DNA from: an uncultured bacterium
Lineage (GTDB): Bacteria; Fidelibacterota; Marinisomatia; Marinisomatales; UBA1611
Assembly (NCBI GenBank): GCA_943788175.1
Contig: CALSPG010000005.1
Location: 384,001-448,000 of the forward strand
Direction of reading: 5' to 3'
Length of the DNA stretch: 64,000 bases
Below, one piece after another: positions 47,745-56,735 of this stretch; the stretch's first letter is position 1, and the number at the start of each line of letters is the position of its first letter. The position numbers were made by a program, and so were the translations under genes. The notes under the pieces are model-generated. The model saw nothing but the letters and a program-made list of their open reading frames with translations. It was not told where the DNA came from and searched no databases.

Positions 47745-48339
47745 ATGTTATCCATTGTATGATTTCATTTCCTTGAGTTTTCCAAGCTCTTTGCAGAGCA
47801 AAATCAGGAAAATCACCTAAAAGTTCTCCATTCCAAGTATAACTAAGCAAGGTCTCATTTTGATTTTTAGGGGAAAGCTCCCATTTGCCTGCTGCATTTA
47901 TTAATCGTATATAGTTTTTATTTAATGGAGCATTTTTATGGTTTCCAGAAACGAAAGAAAACTCCCATTCAGAATCTTTTCTGCTTTTTTTATGCTTTAT
48001 AACATAATCTCTATCTGCAAGTAGAAAAGGCATGTCAAGCATTATATGAACTGTGTTTTCTCCTAAAATTTTAACTTCATGAATTCTTCTAAATACTTTT
48101 GGGTAGTGTTCTACATCTTCAATGATTTTAGCTATTGGTTCAATTGAATATGGTAATGAAGAACTCACTTTGCATATTGGAAATCCTTGATAATTTGTCC
48201 ATTTGATTTCAATATCACCTTCTTGAATGATATTCCACTCTATTGGACTCTTAAAATCTTTTAGATTTAACTCGCTATAATAGACCCCTAGGTTTAGAAA
48301 AAATAAAAGCGTAAATAAATTTGATTTTAAGTGTCTCAT
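47731..48339 (-). CDS. START/SRPBCC lipid-binding protein with hydrophobic N-terminus
   Basis: IIEDVEHYPK, LDMPFLLADRDYV, IRL..A.GKWEL.P, GDFP. Confidence 0.8.
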   Translation of the reverse strand: MRHLKSNLFTLLFFLNLGVYYSELNLKDFKSPIEWNIIQEGDIEIKWTNYQGFPICKVSSSLPYSIEPIAKIIEDVEHYPKVFRRIHEVKILGENTVHIMLDMPFLLADRDYVIKHKKSRKDSEWEFSFVSGNHKNAPLNKNYIRLINAAGKWELSPKNQNETLLSYTWNGELLGDFPDFALQRAWKTQGNEIIQWITYALK

Positions 48340-49421
48340 TTATTCAAAAATGTCTCATATATTGATGAACAATCTTTTTTTATTCTCTCTTCAGATAGTC
48401 CAAACTTTTTTAAATCATACTTGTGCTTACTTTTATAATTTTTCTGTTTTTCAGCGGTATTTTTAATTTCATTTCTAAGTTCTTCTGAAGGTTTATGGTT
48501 TGTAAAAATAAAAATATCGTCCATAAGTTTTTCAAAATTTTCCATCATTTGATCATATCGAACTATCATTACCCTTGATTTGTCAATTTTATTATTTTCC
48601 CAATCATTATTAAATCGTATTAACAGGGTAATGAGTGCATTATAAAGTCTTTCGATATATTTTTCTCTAATATTTGTGTCCAAACTCCAAAATCCAAACC
48701 TTTTATCAAGGACACCCGTTACTAAACTTAAACCTGATGGGATTACACTTAATGGATCTCTTATCATATATAAGATTCTAGAATCAGGAAATCTTTTTTG
48801 AAAAGAGGGAAGATTTGTGCTTAGAGAAAATAGTTTTCCTATGTAAGGTAAATCTTTTTTATATGTTTTCCTTGCCCAAACATTTTCATACCAATCAAAA
48901 TCCCTTTTACTAGTATCTCTGTGTTCTGGATCAAAATATTTAAAAAAATCTTCATCTGCAAATGAGAACAAAAACCCATAGAGGAAGAAGCCATCAAAAT
49001 ATCTAAAAAATAGACCAACGTCATCTGTTTCGATAGATGTTAAACTTGTTTTATGTGCTTCTGTTGAATGGTGACGGGCTGGGCTTAATTTTTCTAAGAC
49101 TGGTAAAAATGGTTTTATTACTTTTTGAAGAATTATCGAAGGATAAATTAATTGCCAAAGTTGAGACCCTTTACCGAGGCCACTATTAATCAAATATCTT
49201 TGTAAAAAAGTAGTGCCAGATCTAGGATTTCCAACAATTACAATTGGTTTATGCAGGCTAGGTTTTCGAGCTATTTTATAAAAGATTTTATCAATAAATA
49301 AGAAAATTGAAACAATCAATCGCATCATACTTAGAAAAAACCCTGTAATAATTGGGCTGAACCATGCCCCAAATGTGTTTCCAACAATCTTATAGGCTTC
49401 TAATTTTCTGTTTATATTCAT
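48336..49421 (-). CDS. PAPS-dependent sulfotransferase
   Basis: 5'-PSB PIVIVGNPRSGTT; 3'-PB FPDSRILYMIRDPLSVIPS; VRYDQM. Confidence 0.92.
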   Translation of the reverse strand: MNINRKLEAYKIVGNTFGAWFSPIITGFFLSMMRLIVSIFLFIDKIFYKIARKPSLHKPIVIVGNPRSGTTFLQRYLINSGLGKGSQLWQLIYPSIILQKVIKPFLPVLEKLSPARHHSTEAHKTSLTSIETDDVGLFFRYFDGFFLYGFLFSFADEDFFKYFDPEHRDTSKRDFDWYENVWARKTYKKDLPYIGKLFSLSTNLPSFQKRFPDSRILYMIRDPLSVIPSGLSLVTGVLDKRFGFWSLDTNIREKYIERLYNALITLLIRFNNDWENNKIDKSRVMIVRYDQMMENFEKLMDDIFIFTNHKPSEELRNEIKNTAEKQKNYKSKHKYDLKKFGLSEERIKKDCSSIYETFLNK

Positions 49422-49491
49422 AGCTTGTTATGTATTTAGAATTTAATTGTATAAAAATTGTTATAATTTTTGAAAGAATTTATTTAACTAT

Positions 49492-49549
49492 TTGACGCAT
49501 TAAGAGTCTAATAGTTAAAATTTTATTAATCAAATAATTGAGCGGTCAA
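49492..49549. promoter_or_regulatory. Candidate bidirectional sigma70-type promoter
   Basis: + strand TTGACG-N18-TAAAAT (49492-49521); - strand TTGACC-N18-TAAAAT (49549-49520); the two -10 boxes share the palindrome TAAAATTTTA. Confidence 0.5.
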
Positions 49550-49574
49550 AATTTTATTTAATTGGAAAATAACT

Positions 49575-51059
49575 ATGAATTATAAAATTAATATTTTGTT
49601 ATTACTGACATTAGTATTTAAAGCAGATTTAAATGCAGAAGTGTTTGATGGCTACACTCTTTTTTCGCCTACTGGAGGTGGGCCTAGCGGCGCTACAGGG
49701 GGTACTAGTTATCTTTATGATAATGATTATAATATTATTCATACATGGGTTCATTCTAGAGGTGCTGCAAGCATGCCATATCTACTGCCTGACAGTTCAA
49801 TCATATATCCTTTTAGAGTAGAAAGTCCCACTATGAGTGCCGGAGGCGTAGGTGGCGGAGTCGCTCACATTGCTTGGGATGGGACTATATTATGGGAATA
49901 CATTATTTCAAATCAAACCTATCAACATCATCATGATGTTCAGCCTCTTCCAAATGGGAATATATTGGTTATCGCATGGGAGAAAAAAACAGCAACTGAA
50001 GCATACGCTATGGGTAGAGTGTCTCTTGATAACCCATTAAATGAGATGTGGTCAACTGCAATCTTAGAGCTTGAAATGACGCCGCCAAATGGTGCAAATA
50101 TTGTTTGGGAGTGGCACTTATGGGATCATTTAGTTCAAGATTCAGATCAAAGTTTACCAGGTTATGGAACAGTGTCTGCTCATCCACAATTAATGGATAT
50201 TAACTATGGTGAAGTCGGTGGTGGAGGAGGGCCAGGCGGTAGCAATGCTGACTGGATGCATATTAATGCGATAGATTACAATCCTTTTCTAGACCAGATT
50301 GTAATTAGTTCTAGACATCAAAATGAAATATACATAATTGATCATAGTACAACTACCGCTGAAGCGGCAGGACATACTGGCGGAAACTCTGGCAAAGGAG
50401 GCGATTTCTTATATCGCTGGGGTAATCCCTCAGCATATGATCGAGGCTCGAATTCGTCTCAAAGATTAGATAGTCAGCATGGAGTAAACTGGATCAAAGA
50501 AGGGTATCCTGGGCAAGGAAATTTAATTTTATTCAATAATAATTATGGAAATTTAACCTCTGCTGTTTTTGAAATTTCGCCACCTTTGAACTCAGACAGT
50601 ACTAATTATATTATCAACGAAACAGAGCCTTTTGGCCCAAATGAATTAGAGTGGATGCATACAGGTGATTTTCATTCAAATGTTCAAAGTGGAGCATTTA
50701 GATTATCAAATGGTAATACTCTTGTTTCAGTTGCTGATGATGCTACAATCTTTGAAGTCGATTCGTTAGGTAATACGGTTTGGAATTATGAGTACCCAGG
50801 GGCAAACATAATGATAGCTAGATCACAGAAATATTCAATTGATTTTTTTGGAGGAAGTGACTCAACAGGTTTCCCCGATTACATTATTGGCGATGTAAAC
50901 TTTGACTCTTCCAATGATGTCTTCGACTTGATATACGTTGTCGATATGCATTACGGTTTTTATCCAAAAACTCCACCTGCAGATATCAATGAAGATTCAG
51001 AAGTAAACTTTCAAGATGTAATGGCTCTAATTTATCAAGTAATGAACTATCTTCGTTGA
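49575..51059 (+). CDS. Secreted aryl-sulfate sulfotransferase with C-terminal dockerin-like domain
   Basis: HHHDVQPLPNGN, DWMHIN, SSRHQNE, YRWGNP, SQHG, FNN; GDVNFD..NDVFD and ADINED.EVNFQD repeats. Confidence 0.9.
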   Translation: MNYKINILLLLTLVFKADLNAEVFDGYTLFSPTGGGPSGATGGTSYLYDNDYNIIHTWVHSRGAASMPYLLPDSSIIYPFRVESPTMSAGGVGGGVAHIAWDGTILWEYIISNQTYQHHHDVQPLPNGNILVIAWEKKTATEAYAMGRVSLDNPLNEMWSTAILELEMTPPNGANIVWEWHLWDHLVQDSDQSLPGYGTVSAHPQLMDINYGEVGGGGGPGGSNADWMHINAIDYNPFLDQIVISSRHQNEIYIIDHSTTTAEAAGHTGGNSGKGGDFLYRWGNPSAYDRGSNSSQRLDSQHGVNWIKEGYPGQGNLILFNNNYGNLTSAVFEISPPLNSDSTNYIINETEPFGPNELEWMHTGDFHSNVQSGAFRLSNGNTLVSVADDATIFEVDSLGNTVWNYEYPGANIMIARSQKYSIDFFGGSDSTGFPDYIIGDVNFDSSNDVFDLIYVVDMHYGFYPKTPPADINEDSEVNFQDVMALIYQVMNYLR

Positions 51060-53356
51060 AATCGAAAAATAAAGAATTCTCTATCAAATTTTGGATTACC
51101 AGGAAGGTAATTGAAAACCCCTTAAAGTCTATTTTATTCCCCCTTGCCTTTACCTCAATTTTTGGATTGGGCATGACATTTATTGTTGTTGATGATGATA
51201 TGCTCGCAATGCTTCCAAATAATATGAGCTCAAAGCTTTCCTGGGATGCGGTGCAGGATGAATTTGGAAGCACAGAATCTATTTTTATCGCATTTGGTTA
51301 TAAAGATAAAACGATCTTTAATAAAAGCTCTTTTTCTGATCTTTGGAAATTAACAAATGAATTAGAATCTCGACCTGAGATAAAAAAAATTACAAGCCTT
51401 TCAAATTTGCCAAAAATTGAAAATGTTGATGGTTTTTTAGAGGTCCACTCATTGCAACCAAGCGAAGAACTAGACGACATTCAAATAAATGGAATAAAAA
51501 AATATGTATATAATAATCAGTCTATTAGAGCGAGGTCAATAAGCAAAGATGGCAATTATTTCAATATAATGGTACAGCCAAATGACAGTATTGCTCATAA
51601 TGTTGTTAGAGATATAGTCGTGGAGATAGGCGATAGCTTATTATCTAAAAATTATGAAATACATTATGGTGGGACTGCATACATTACTGGGTCTGTCCCT
51701 GGTATGATAAAAAATGATATATCAAAACTACTTGGGGTTGGTCTTGTTTTGATGAGTCTGATTTTATTGGTTAACATTCGGGATTTATTTGCGGTAGGGA
51801 TGATATTCTCTGTCATTATCCAATCTCTAATTGTTATGGCTGGATTGATGGGGTGGGTAGTTTATTTGACAGGATCAGAAAATTTTTATTTCACCATTAT
51901 AAATTCATCGATGCCAATAATTTTACTTACGATTGCAAATTCTGATGGAGTTCATGTTGTTACAAAATTTTTTAAAGAGATGAGGCATAATGGCAATATA
52001 AAAAAATCAATAGCCAAATCGATAGACACTCTATTCGTGCCGATATTTTTAACTAGTGTTACCACAATTGCTGCGTTTCTTACTCTTTATTTTGCGCCAA
52101 TAAATCAACTAATGGGTTATGGGATATGCCTAAGTGCTGGGATATTATATGCTTTTATTTTAAGTCTTACTTTTTTACCAGCAGCAATGTCGTTAAAGAG
52201 ATGGGATTTAAATTCGAAAGCAATATCGCAAAATGGGTATTTAGAAAATATAATTTCTAAATTTGGCAAATTAGTAATTTCAAAACCAAAATCAATTTTA
52301 GTAGTTGGAATGATAATTATGTTTATTGGAACTGCGGGATTATCATTGCTAAAAGTGGATGTTAATATTGCTAATTTTTTTAAAGAAGATACTGATTTTA
52401 GGAAAAGTATTGATTTTATAGATCAAGAGATGACGGGTACAATGGATGTACGTATTAGAGTAGAAGCGCCTATCAAGGATCCTAATACATTGAATGAAAT
52501 GCAGGACATGCAAACATTATTGAACAGCAACCCAAAGGTAACAACTAGCTATTCCATAGTGGATGTTGTTAAACAAATGCATCGCATACTTATAGATGAT
52601 AATCCTGAATTTGAAATTGTTCCTAAAGATGAAAAAAAAGTAAGCAATCTTTTAATGATGTATTCAATATCCGGAGATCAAGATGACTTAAATACAATAG
52701 TTGATTATAATTATAAAGTGGGTCTAATAACTGCTTTAAGTCGCGTTATGAGTACAGAAGAAATTATTCAGTTCGTAAAAAAAATTGAAGATCAGGTATA
52801 TGACTTTAAGCATATTAGTAATGCGTCAATAACCGGAATGGCTATTGTGATTAGAGATTTAATTTATTTGGTTATTGAATCTTCAGTAATAAGTATTTTT
52901 TCATCAGTTATACTTATTTGTCTAATTACATCAATATTTTTTAAGAACTTTTCATGGGGCTTCCTTTCAATAGTTCCACTTGTCACGGCAGTCTTAATTA
53001 ATTTTGGCTTTATGGGTATTGCAGGTATTCATTTGAGTCATGTAACAGCACTTTTGTCATCAGTTATTATTGGTGTTGGTGTCGATTTTTCTATTCATTA
53101 CATTTACCAATACAGAAGATTAATCAAGGATAAAGTTCGTAATGGGATATCAAATAAAGTTATAAATGAGGTTGGTTATCCAATCGTATTAGATGCAGCA
53201 TCGAATATGTCTTTTGGAGCTTTATTATTTTCTACTTTCATTCCTGTCCAATACGTTGGGGGTTTAATGGTGTTTGCTATGTTTTCTACAGCTTTCGGCA
53301 CATTAACATTGCTTGCAGCTTCAGTTGAATTATTAAAGACTAGTTATTCAAAATGA
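51056..53356 (+). CDS. MMPL/RND family transporter (second copy)
   Basis: Duplicated TM topology; ANSDGVH, LTSVTTIAAF, GVGVDFSIH. Confidence 0.92.
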   Translation: MKSKNKEFSIKFWITRKVIENPLKSILFPLAFTSIFGLGMTFIVVDDDMLAMLPNNMSSKLSWDAVQDEFGSTESIFIAFGYKDKTIFNKSSFSDLWKLTNELESRPEIKKITSLSNLPKIENVDGFLEVHSLQPSEELDDIQINGIKKYVYNNQSIRARSISKDGNYFNIMVQPNDSIAHNVVRDIVVEIGDSLLSKNYEIHYGGTAYITGSVPGMIKNDISKLLGVGLVLMSLILLVNIRDLFAVGMIFSVIIQSLIVMAGLMGWVVYLTGSENFYFTIINSSMPIILLTIANSDGVHVVTKFFKEMRHNGNIKKSIAKSIDTLFVPIFLTSVTTIAAFLTLYFAPINQLMGYGICLSAGILYAFILSLTFLPAAMSLKRWDLNSKAISQNGYLENIISKFGKLVISKPKSILVVGMIIMFIGTAGLSLLKVDVNIANFFKEDTDFRKSIDFIDQEMTGTMDVRIRVEAPIKDPNTLNEMQDMQTLLNSNPKVTTSYSIVDVVKQMHRILIDDNPEFEIVPKDEKKVSNLLMMYSISGDQDDLNTIVDYNYKVGLITALSRVMSTEEIIQFVKKIEDQVYDFKHISNASITGMAIVIRDLIYLVIESSVISIFSSVILICLITSIFFKNFSWGFLSIVPLVTAVLINFGFMGIAGIHLSHVTALLSSVIIGVGVDFSIHYIYQYRRLIKDKVRNGISNKVINEVGYPIVLDAASNMSFGALLFSTFIPVQYVGGLMVFAMFSTAFGTLTLLAASVELLKTSYSK

Positions 53357-54117
53357 TTAAACTATTTATTATCTGCTCGATTCAATTTTTTCTTTTAATA
53401 AATAATTTATCAGCACAAACTGGTTACGAATTAGCTAAGAAGCTTGATAATAAAGATAAGCCTCAAAATATGACTAGCCGAATTTCGATGACATTGACTA
53501 ATGCTAAAAATAAATCTCGTAAAAATGTAATGATATCAAAAACAGCAAGCCAGAGCCAAAAACAGATGATTTGGGTTTTAGAGCCTAAGTCTGATAGAGG
53601 TATGTCATTTTTGAAAATCGAGCGTGAAGACAGGAAGACTGAAATGCGTATATGGTTGCCTGCCTTTAACAAAATTCGAAGAATTAATGCAAACAGAAGA
53701 AGTAATTCTTTTATGGGTTCAGATCTTAGTTATGAAGATATGATGAGTCGGTCACTTGATGATAATACATATTTAAGACTTGAAGATGATCAGATTGGGG
53801 GAGAAGAATGTTATGTTTTGGAAGTTATACCAAAAAAAAGCATTAATACATCGTACTCAAAACATATAACATGGGTTTCAAAAGAAAACTTTCAAATTGT
53901 ACAGGAAGCTTCCTATGATAAAAAAAGTAAGCTAAAAAAAATTAAAAACTTCCATTATGTCTTTGTAAATAATTATGAGATAATATCAAAAATTCATGTT
54001 AAAGACTTGCAGAAAAAGCACAAAACTGATATTTATTTTGACCAGGTTAAAGTAGATGCAAAAATGGATGAAAAAATATTTCAAGAAAAAAGTTTAAAAC
54101 GGTTACCGCTTCATTAA
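53353..54117 (+). CDS. LolA-like outer-membrane lipoprotein-sorting family protein (second copy)
   Basis: EPKSDRGMSFL, IWLPAFNKIRRI, FMGSDLSYEDM. Confidence 0.9.
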   Translation: MIKLFIICSIQFFLLINNLSAQTGYELAKKLDNKDKPQNMTSRISMTLTNAKNKSRKNVMISKTASQSQKQMIWVLEPKSDRGMSFLKIEREDRKTEMRIWLPAFNKIRRINANRRSNSFMGSDLSYEDMMSRSLDDNTYLRLEDDQIGGEECYVLEVIPKKSINTSYSKHITWVSKENFQIVQEASYDKKSKLKKIKNFHYVFVNNYEIISKIHVKDLQKKHKTDIYFDQVKVDAKMDEKIFQEKSLKRLPLH

Positions 54118-54123
54118 ATAATA

Positions 54124-55389
54124 TCAATAAAAAACAGGCCCTTTTTCATTTTTAATTTTTTTGATCCATTCCGGTATATTTTTTTTATCTGCTTTCATTC
54201 TTTCTGTTGATGAAGAAAAACCAATCATATCCCATATCTCAAATGGACCAAAGCGCCATCCAAAACCCCACTTCATAGCATTATCTATATCCTTATAAGA
54301 ATCTGATATTTCATATACTCGATTTGCACAATAAAGAAGCATTTCAGATAGAATCTCCCAGAAAAATTTTCCATATTTTGAGTTCAGGTTTATTAAGGTA
54401 TTTATTTGTAGAGAAACATTGCTTCCTTGAACAATCTCCTCTTTCAATCCTAAATCTACTTTTTTCATGGTTCTGTACTTTTTATTATTGAGATCAAAAA
54501 CTAGAATATTCCCATTAGTATCTTTTTTATAAAAACCGCCTTTTGCTTTTTGACCAAGGTTTCCATTAGCAATGAGAATTTCCATAACTTCGGGTATTTT
54601 AAACATTTCTATAGATTCATCATGAGTAGACTTTTTATAAGTGGTCATTGCTACACTTTTTAAGACATCGAGGCCAATTATATCTGCTGTCCTAAATGTT
54701 GCGCTTTTAGGTCTTCCGCAAATAGATCCTGTTAGTGCATCGACTATTTCGATATCAATTTCCATTTTTAAGGCAATATTTATTGTAGACATTAGACCAA
54801 AAATGCCAACGCGATTTCCAATGAAATTTGGGCAATCTTTTGCGGGAACAATTCCTTTATCTAATATATTTTTTCCAAAATTGGATATTGTATTATAGGT
54901 TTCTAAGGAAGTCTCTTCACCCCTAATTAATTCCAATAAATGCATGTACCTAGGGGGGTTAAAAAAATGAGAGACCATAAATTTATTTTTTAGTTCTGGA
55001 GAAAACGTTTGTGAAAGTTCTTTAAGAGTTATTCCTGACGTATTTGTTGTTAAAATAGCAGATTTTTTGAGAAGAGGTAATATCGTATCATAGACTTTAA
55101 GTTTTATATCAAGGTTCTCAGCAACGGCTTCTAATACCCAGTCTACTTGCGTAATTTTTTCAAGATCTGATTTATAACTACAAGGAACTATTAAATTAAT
55201 CTTTTCAGGACTTTCTAATGGAGCAGGTTTTAAAGTTTTTAAACGGTCCTTACCATTTGTTGCTAATTTATTAGAAATATCAAATAAATATGTTTTTATC
55301 CCTTTATTAGCAAAAACAGCGGCTAGTTGTGCCCCCATTATTCCAGCACCTAAGACAGCAATACTTTTAAATGGATTATTTGGAGGCAA
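54124..55389 (-). CDS. 3-hydroxyacyl-CoA dehydrogenase
   Basis: VLGAGIMG, EAVAENLDIK, TNTSG, HFFNPP, PNFIGNR, GPFEIWD. Confidence 0.92.
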   Translation of the reverse strand: MPPNNPFKSIAVLGAGIMGAQLAAVFANKGIKTYLFDISNKLATNGKDRLKTLKPAPLESPEKINLIVPCSYKSDLEKITQVDWVLEAVAENLDIKLKVYDTILPLLKKSAILTTNTSGITLKELSQTFSPELKNKFMVSHFFNPPRYMHLLELIRGEETSLETYNTISNFGKNILDKGIVPAKDCPNFIGNRVGIFGLMSTINIALKMEIDIEIVDALTGSICGRPKSATFRTADIIGLDVLKSVAMTTYKKSTHDESIEMFKIPEVMEILIANGNLGQKAKGGFYKKDTNGNILVFDLNNKKYRTMKKVDLGLKEEIVQGSNVSLQINTLINLNSKYGKFFWEILSEMLLYCANRVYEISDSYKDIDNAMKWGFGWRFGPFEIWDMIGFSSSTERMKADKKNIPEWIKKIKNEKGPVFY

Positions 55390-55412
55390 GTGGATTTAGG
55401 TCGTTATTTTGA

Positions 55413-56735
55413 TTACTGATTAATTTGGCCAAGTCTTCGGTATTTTTCTTGATATTTTTTATATAACATTTTTTGATGATTATTCAGGTCGACTTCTCTA
55501 CCTTGAATGAAGGCCATTAAAATTTTGGGATTCATTTCCATGGGTGGTATATCAGAGATAAAGAAAGTAGCATCTTTGCCAATATCAAGGGAACCAACCA
55601 TATCATCAATATCAAGAATTTCTGCGGCACTTAACGTTATGGATCTAAGGGCTTCGCTTTTTTCTAAGCCATATGCAGCAGCTCGCATAGCTTCGTTTGG
55701 AAGGTTTCGGATATTTCCATCATGGGGGTATCCTATTCTAGTACTCAAACAAAATTGCACACCGCCTTTCTGAAGTAGATAGGGTATTTTGTATGGCAAG
55801 TGTATAGGCTCAAATCTCCTTGCTGGAATTTTTTCAACTTTATCTAAAATAACAGGAATATTATTTTTTACAAGAAAGTCGGTTAGTCGCCAGCTGTCTG
55901 CGCCACCAACAATGATAATTTTCAAGTCGTTTTCTTTTGCCCAATCTACGGCAGATATAATTTGTCTAGCTTCAGCAGCATGTATGTAAATCCCCTTCTT
56001 TTCAACAATGAAAGGAATCATTGATTCAAGTCTTAGATCAACTTTCTGCCTATCTTTGGATAATCGATCTCTTTGTTTTATTATTTGGAAGTATGCTCTT
56101 ACATCTCGAACCATATCATCAAGTTCTCTGATTGATTTTTGTATCTCTTCACGCTGTTTTTTTTCAGATTTTTTTATATTCTTACCATACTTGATGCTCA
56201 TAGCTGGCCAATTTATGTGTAGGCCTGATGGATGCTTTAAAGTTGCATGCTCCCAAGTCCAACCATCAAGCATCATGACTGAAGATTGACCTGAAACTCG
56301 CCCACCAGCTGGAACGGAATTGGCAATAAGGACGCCATTTGACCTAGTGATAGGTATAAGTTCAGAATCTGGATTATAACTAACATTTGCTTTCACATTT
56401 GGGTTGATTGAGCCACTTTCAGCAAAATCATGTGTTTGACGAACTAAACCAATCTCCACTAATCCAATTCTAGTTAAAGGCGCGATGTAACTAGGAACTA
56501 TGTGTTTACCAAAAACATCGTAAACATCTGTTTCTGGCGATGCCATAATATTTTTTTCAATTCTAACTATTTTACCTTTTGAAAATAATATGTCATAGCC
56601 TTCGAGAACTTCAGTAGAAACAGTATGGAGGATACCACCTTTTAAGAGTATAGGTCTTTTTTGCTCTTTTCCAGGAATCTGATCATTCGATAACAAAATA
56701 GAAAAAGTAAAAATTAATAGTATGCTTTTATTCAT
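55413..56735 (-). CDS. Secreted amidohydrolase-family protein
   Basis: Signal peptide; RIGLVEI, ALRSITLSAAEIL, VGSLDIGKDA; HxH motif absent. Confidence 0.85.
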   Translation of the reverse strand: MNKSILLIFTFSILLSNDQIPGKEQKRPILLKGGILHTVSTEVLEGYDILFSKGKIVRIEKNIMASPETDVYDVFGKHIVPSYIAPLTRIGLVEIGLVRQTHDFAESGSINPNVKANVSYNPDSELIPITRSNGVLIANSVPAGGRVSGQSSVMMLDGWTWEHATLKHPSGLHINWPAMSIKYGKNIKKSEKKQREEIQKSIRELDDMVRDVRAYFQIIKQRDRLSKDRQKVDLRLESMIPFIVEKKGIYIHAAEARQIISAVDWAKENDLKIIIVGGADSWRLTDFLVKNNIPVILDKVEKIPARRFEPIHLPYKIPYLLQKGGVQFCLSTRIGYPHDGNIRNLPNEAMRAAAYGLEKSEALRSITLSAAEILDIDDMVGSLDIGKDATFFISDIPPMEMNPKILMAFIQGREVDLNNHQKMLYKKYQEKYRRLGQINQ

